Assembly (NCBI GenBank): GCA_902520765.1 | Contig: CABYPG010000008.1 | Location: forward strand, 4,859-68,858 | DNA length: 64,000 nucleotides | DNA from: an uncultured Bacteroidota bacterium | GTDB lineage: Bacteria > Bacteroidota > Bacteroidia > Flavobacteriales > Flavobacteriaceae | Reading direction: 5' to 3' | In this document: positions 62,232 through 64,000 of the stretch, one piece after another | How positions within the stretch are numbered: position 1 is the stretch's first letter | Layout: every line of letters starts with the position of its first letter | Made by a program: the position numbers and the translations under genes | Notes under the pieces: model-generated | Told to the model about the DNA's origin: nothing | The model's input: the letters and a program-made list of their open reading frames with translations, nothing else | Database searches by the model: none

Positions 62232-63566
62232 TTAATAGTGGCATTTTCCACATTCCAATCCACCCATTTGTGCTACCGTAAGTTTTTCTACTCCATATTT
62301 TTTGGAGAGTGCCTCATGGATTTTAGCATAATATTCATTACTCTCAACTTTTAAGTTGGTTTCTCTGTGACAATTTATACACCAGCCCATAGTAAGTGGC
62401 GAGTGCTGGTACATAATTTCCATTTCTTCAACTGGACCGTGGCATTTCTGACATTCTATCTCCCCAACTTGCACATGTTGTGCGTGATTAAAATATACAA
62501 AATCAGGAAGGTTGTGAATACGAACCCACTTAACTGGTTGGGATTCGCCTGTATACCTCTGATTTTCTTCATCCCACCCTACAGCAGCATAAAGCTTTTT
62601 TATCTCTTTTGTGTAAAAGTCTTTAGTGTAACCATTTTCTAGGTCTTCTTCTCCGTTATACTCTGCAATATTTTGGTGACAGTTCATACATACGTTTAAA
62701 GAAGGTATTCCCGAATGTTTTGAAACTCTTGCAGATGAATGACAATATTTACACTCGATTTGATTTGCACCAGCATGAATTTTGTGTGAGTAATGTATTG
62801 GTTGGATTGGCATATACCCTTGGTCAACTCCGACTTGCATAAAATATCCGTAAACAAAATAAGCACTACTAAATAAAAGCAGAACAACTGATATTAGAAC
62901 GAGAAACTGATTTTGAACAAAAGCCATCCAGATTGGGATCCTTTTGGGTTTCGGTTGAGGCTTTATTTCTACACCACTAAGTTTTGCAATTCGCATCAAT
63001 GTTCTTTGAACTAAAAAGAGCATTACTACTAGAATCGTAAATACTAATGCTAAAGCTATTAATATGATTGTGTTGCTTACACTTGAAGAAGATGAAACTG
63101 TTTTTGTTCCAACATTACCAGATGCAGCAACTGCAGCAACGGGTGCAGGAGGAATATAATCAGTATATGCTAAAATGTTGTCAATGTCTGAGTTGGAAAG
63201 CTGGAGGAATGAAGTCATTACGGACCCATTATACTCTTCATAGACTGCAACTGCTTGTGGATCTCCAGATTTTACCATTGCGGTACTATTTTTTATCCAA
63301 CTATACAACCATTCTCTATCATATTTTTCTGAAACACCTTTGAGTGCTGGACCTACCGCACGTTTATTCAACTTATGACAAGCAGCACAATTCGCATTAA
63401 ATAATTTCTTCCCAGCCTGAACTGCTGCAGTGTTATCTGCAGAGGTTAGTTCCTGAGCTGAAATAATAAAATTGTAGGAGGCAGCAAAAAAGACGAAAAG
63501 GAAAAATAGAGGTTTAATAAATCCTAAAAAAACTTCTCTATAATTCGAGTAAAAATAATTCCCCAA
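62232..63566 (-). CDS. actA: Alternative complex III subunit ActA (pentahaem cytochrome c) with an extra N-terminal monohaem domain
   Basis: 444 aa with six CxxCH motifs. CAACH lies in an N-terminal class-I-like domain; CKYCH, CMNCH, CQKCH, CINCH and CGKCH lie in the C-terminal half. The start is TTG 63566 (no in-frame ATG upstream of the signal sequence), so it is uncertain. Confidence 0.85.
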   Translation of the reverse strand: MGNYFYSNYREVFLGFIKPLFFLFVFFAASYNFIISAQELTSADNTAAVQAGKKLFNANCAACHKLNKRAVGPALKGVSEKYDREWLYSWIKNSTAMVKSGDPQAVAVYEEYNGSVMTSFLQLSNSDIDNILAYTDYIPPAPVAAVAASGNVGTKTVSSSSSVSNTIILIALALVFTILVVMLFLVQRTLMRIAKLSGVEIKPQPKPKRIPIWMAFVQNQFLVLISVVLLLFSSAYFVYGYFMQVGVDQGYMPIQPIHYSHKIHAGANQIECKYCHSSARVSKHSGIPSLNVCMNCHQNIAEYNGEEDLENGYTKDFYTKEIKKLYAAVGWDEENQRYTGESQPVKWVRIHNLPDFVYFNHAQHVQVGEIECQKCHGPVEEMEIMYQHSPLTMGWCINCHRETNLKVESNEYYAKIHEALSKKYGVEKLTVAQMGGLECGKCHY

Positions 63567-63588
63567 AACATATATCTAAAATCCATAA

Positions 63589-63596
63589 CAAAAATA
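63589..63596 (-). promoter_or_regulatory. Candidate -7 promoter box (TATTTTTG) for the act-cox operon
   Basis: Exact TAnnTTTG match on the minus strand, 22 nt upstream of the TTG start at 63566. It lies in the 154-nt divergent spacer. Confidence 0.35.
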
Positions 63597-63720
63597 AGTC
63601 ATAGACCGCTTTTTATATAGCTTAAGATTATAGAATTTCGTAATTTATATTGATTCTAAATAAGTTAGATAGTTTGTTAAATATACAATGAGTAATTAGA
63701 AAATTTTGTTTTTTTGTTCA

Positions 63721-64000
63721 ATGAAAAATAATCTTTCAAATACTCTGTTTTTATTAGTGTTTTCTATTTTTAGCTATTCAGTTTTTTCTCAAAATCCAAA
63801 AATTAACATTAAACAAAATGATAAAATAGATAGCCTTTTGAAATTGAAAATTGCATTGGACAGAGAGCGCTATGAAAAAACTTATTTTACTCTTCAATTG
63901 TATTATGGAAATTTGAAATCTGCAAACGAAATCTTAGAAAAATGTAAGGTAGAGTTCCCTCACTTATCAGTTAATTTGAGTTTTGAAACACCAAATTATA
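63721..64000 (+). CDS. Secreted protein, probable SPOR-domain protein (5' part; continues beyond window)
   Basis: Not in the ORF track because the frame stays open to the window end. It starts at an ATG with a signal peptide (MKNNLSNTLFLLVFSIFSYSVFSQ). The segment YFTLQLYYGNLKSANEILEKCKVEFPHLSV resembles a SPOR repeat. Confidence 0.55.
   Translation, partial: MKNNLSNTLFLLVFSIFSYSVFSQNPKINIKQNDKIDSLLKLKIALDRERYEKTYFTLQLYYGNLKSANEILEKCKVEFPHLSVNLSFETPNY

Noticed and set aside
452-63343. Many 60-160 aa ORFs from the track lying antisense to long genes: 452-634, 4218-4400, 5519-5824, 6250-6453, 7837-8130, 8927-9112, 12545-12754, 14909-15109, 15501-15686, 17929-18252, 19222-19515, 24587-24787, 24974-25183, 26173-26406, 27290-27580, 28755-29045, 31146-31496, 31748-31993, 32087-32389, 34069-34260, 35805-36044, 37916-38113, 38183-38653, 39105-39332, 44921-45103, 46244-46507, 50661-50861, 51284-51487, 58874-59059, 60456-60710, 62367-62642, 63068-63343.
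   Set aside because: Each lies fully inside, or mostly overlaps, a much longer ORF on the opposite strand that has clear family motifs. Their translations are low-complexity Ser/Ile/Phe/Leu-rich strings with no recognisable domain. They are shadow ORFs, as expected in AT-rich DNA.
1-64000. Search for tRNA/rRNA/tmRNA/SRP RNA, CRISPR repeats, IS elements, integrases, phage genes, toxin-antitoxin modules or known defence-system genes.
   Set aside because: All intergenic gaps are 234 nt or shorter, AT-rich and lack GC-rich structured segments other than the two hairpins reported. No ORF shows transposase, recombinase, nuclease or defence-type motifs.

Overview
AT-rich, very gene-dense chromosomal segment with the hallmarks of a marine Flavobacteriia (Bacteroidota) genome: a SusC/SusD pair, the type IX secretion translocon SprA, alternative complex III, OmpH/BamA, and TAnnTTTG-type -7 promoter boxes. 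I call 52 protein-coding genes, two of them truncated by the window edges. I found no rRNA, tRNA, CRISPR array, transposase, integrase or recognisable defence gene. The left 13.7 kb holds housekeeping and envelope genes (rsmA, mgtE, aspartate kinase, pdxJ, nadK, uppS, bamA, two skp/ompH, NifU-like) on mixed strands. From 13.7 kb to 63.6 kb, 36 consecutive genes all lie on the minus strand: tsaB, an SDR plus PhyH-dioxygenase pair, a TolC/HlyD/MacB-type ABC efflux operon, a cytochrome oxidase accessory cluster (ctaB/cyoE, two subunit-III proteins, subunit IV, SCO, DUF420), an orphan TonB, gcvH, sprA (2470 aa), ruvA, maeB, a SusC/SusD locus, queG, ruvB, coxI/coxII and actABCDEF. The most unusual content is the SusC/SusD locus at about 38.9-50.3 kb. 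It has no recognisable CAZyme or regulator and is followed by a CRTAC1/ASPIC-type FG-GAP lipoprotein, a vanadium-haloperoxidase/PAP2-like lipoprotein and an SLC45-type MFS permease. The susD-downstream spacer carries an intrinsic terminator whose loop is itself a -7 promoter box. The respiratory genes also show uncharacterised add-ons. These include an extra monohaem domain plus transmembrane hairpin on ActA, His-rich segments in ActF and CoxI, a Cys-less SCO paralogue, and a 75-aa CxxC membrane microprotein. All functional calls come from motif recognition by eye; no database search was run.
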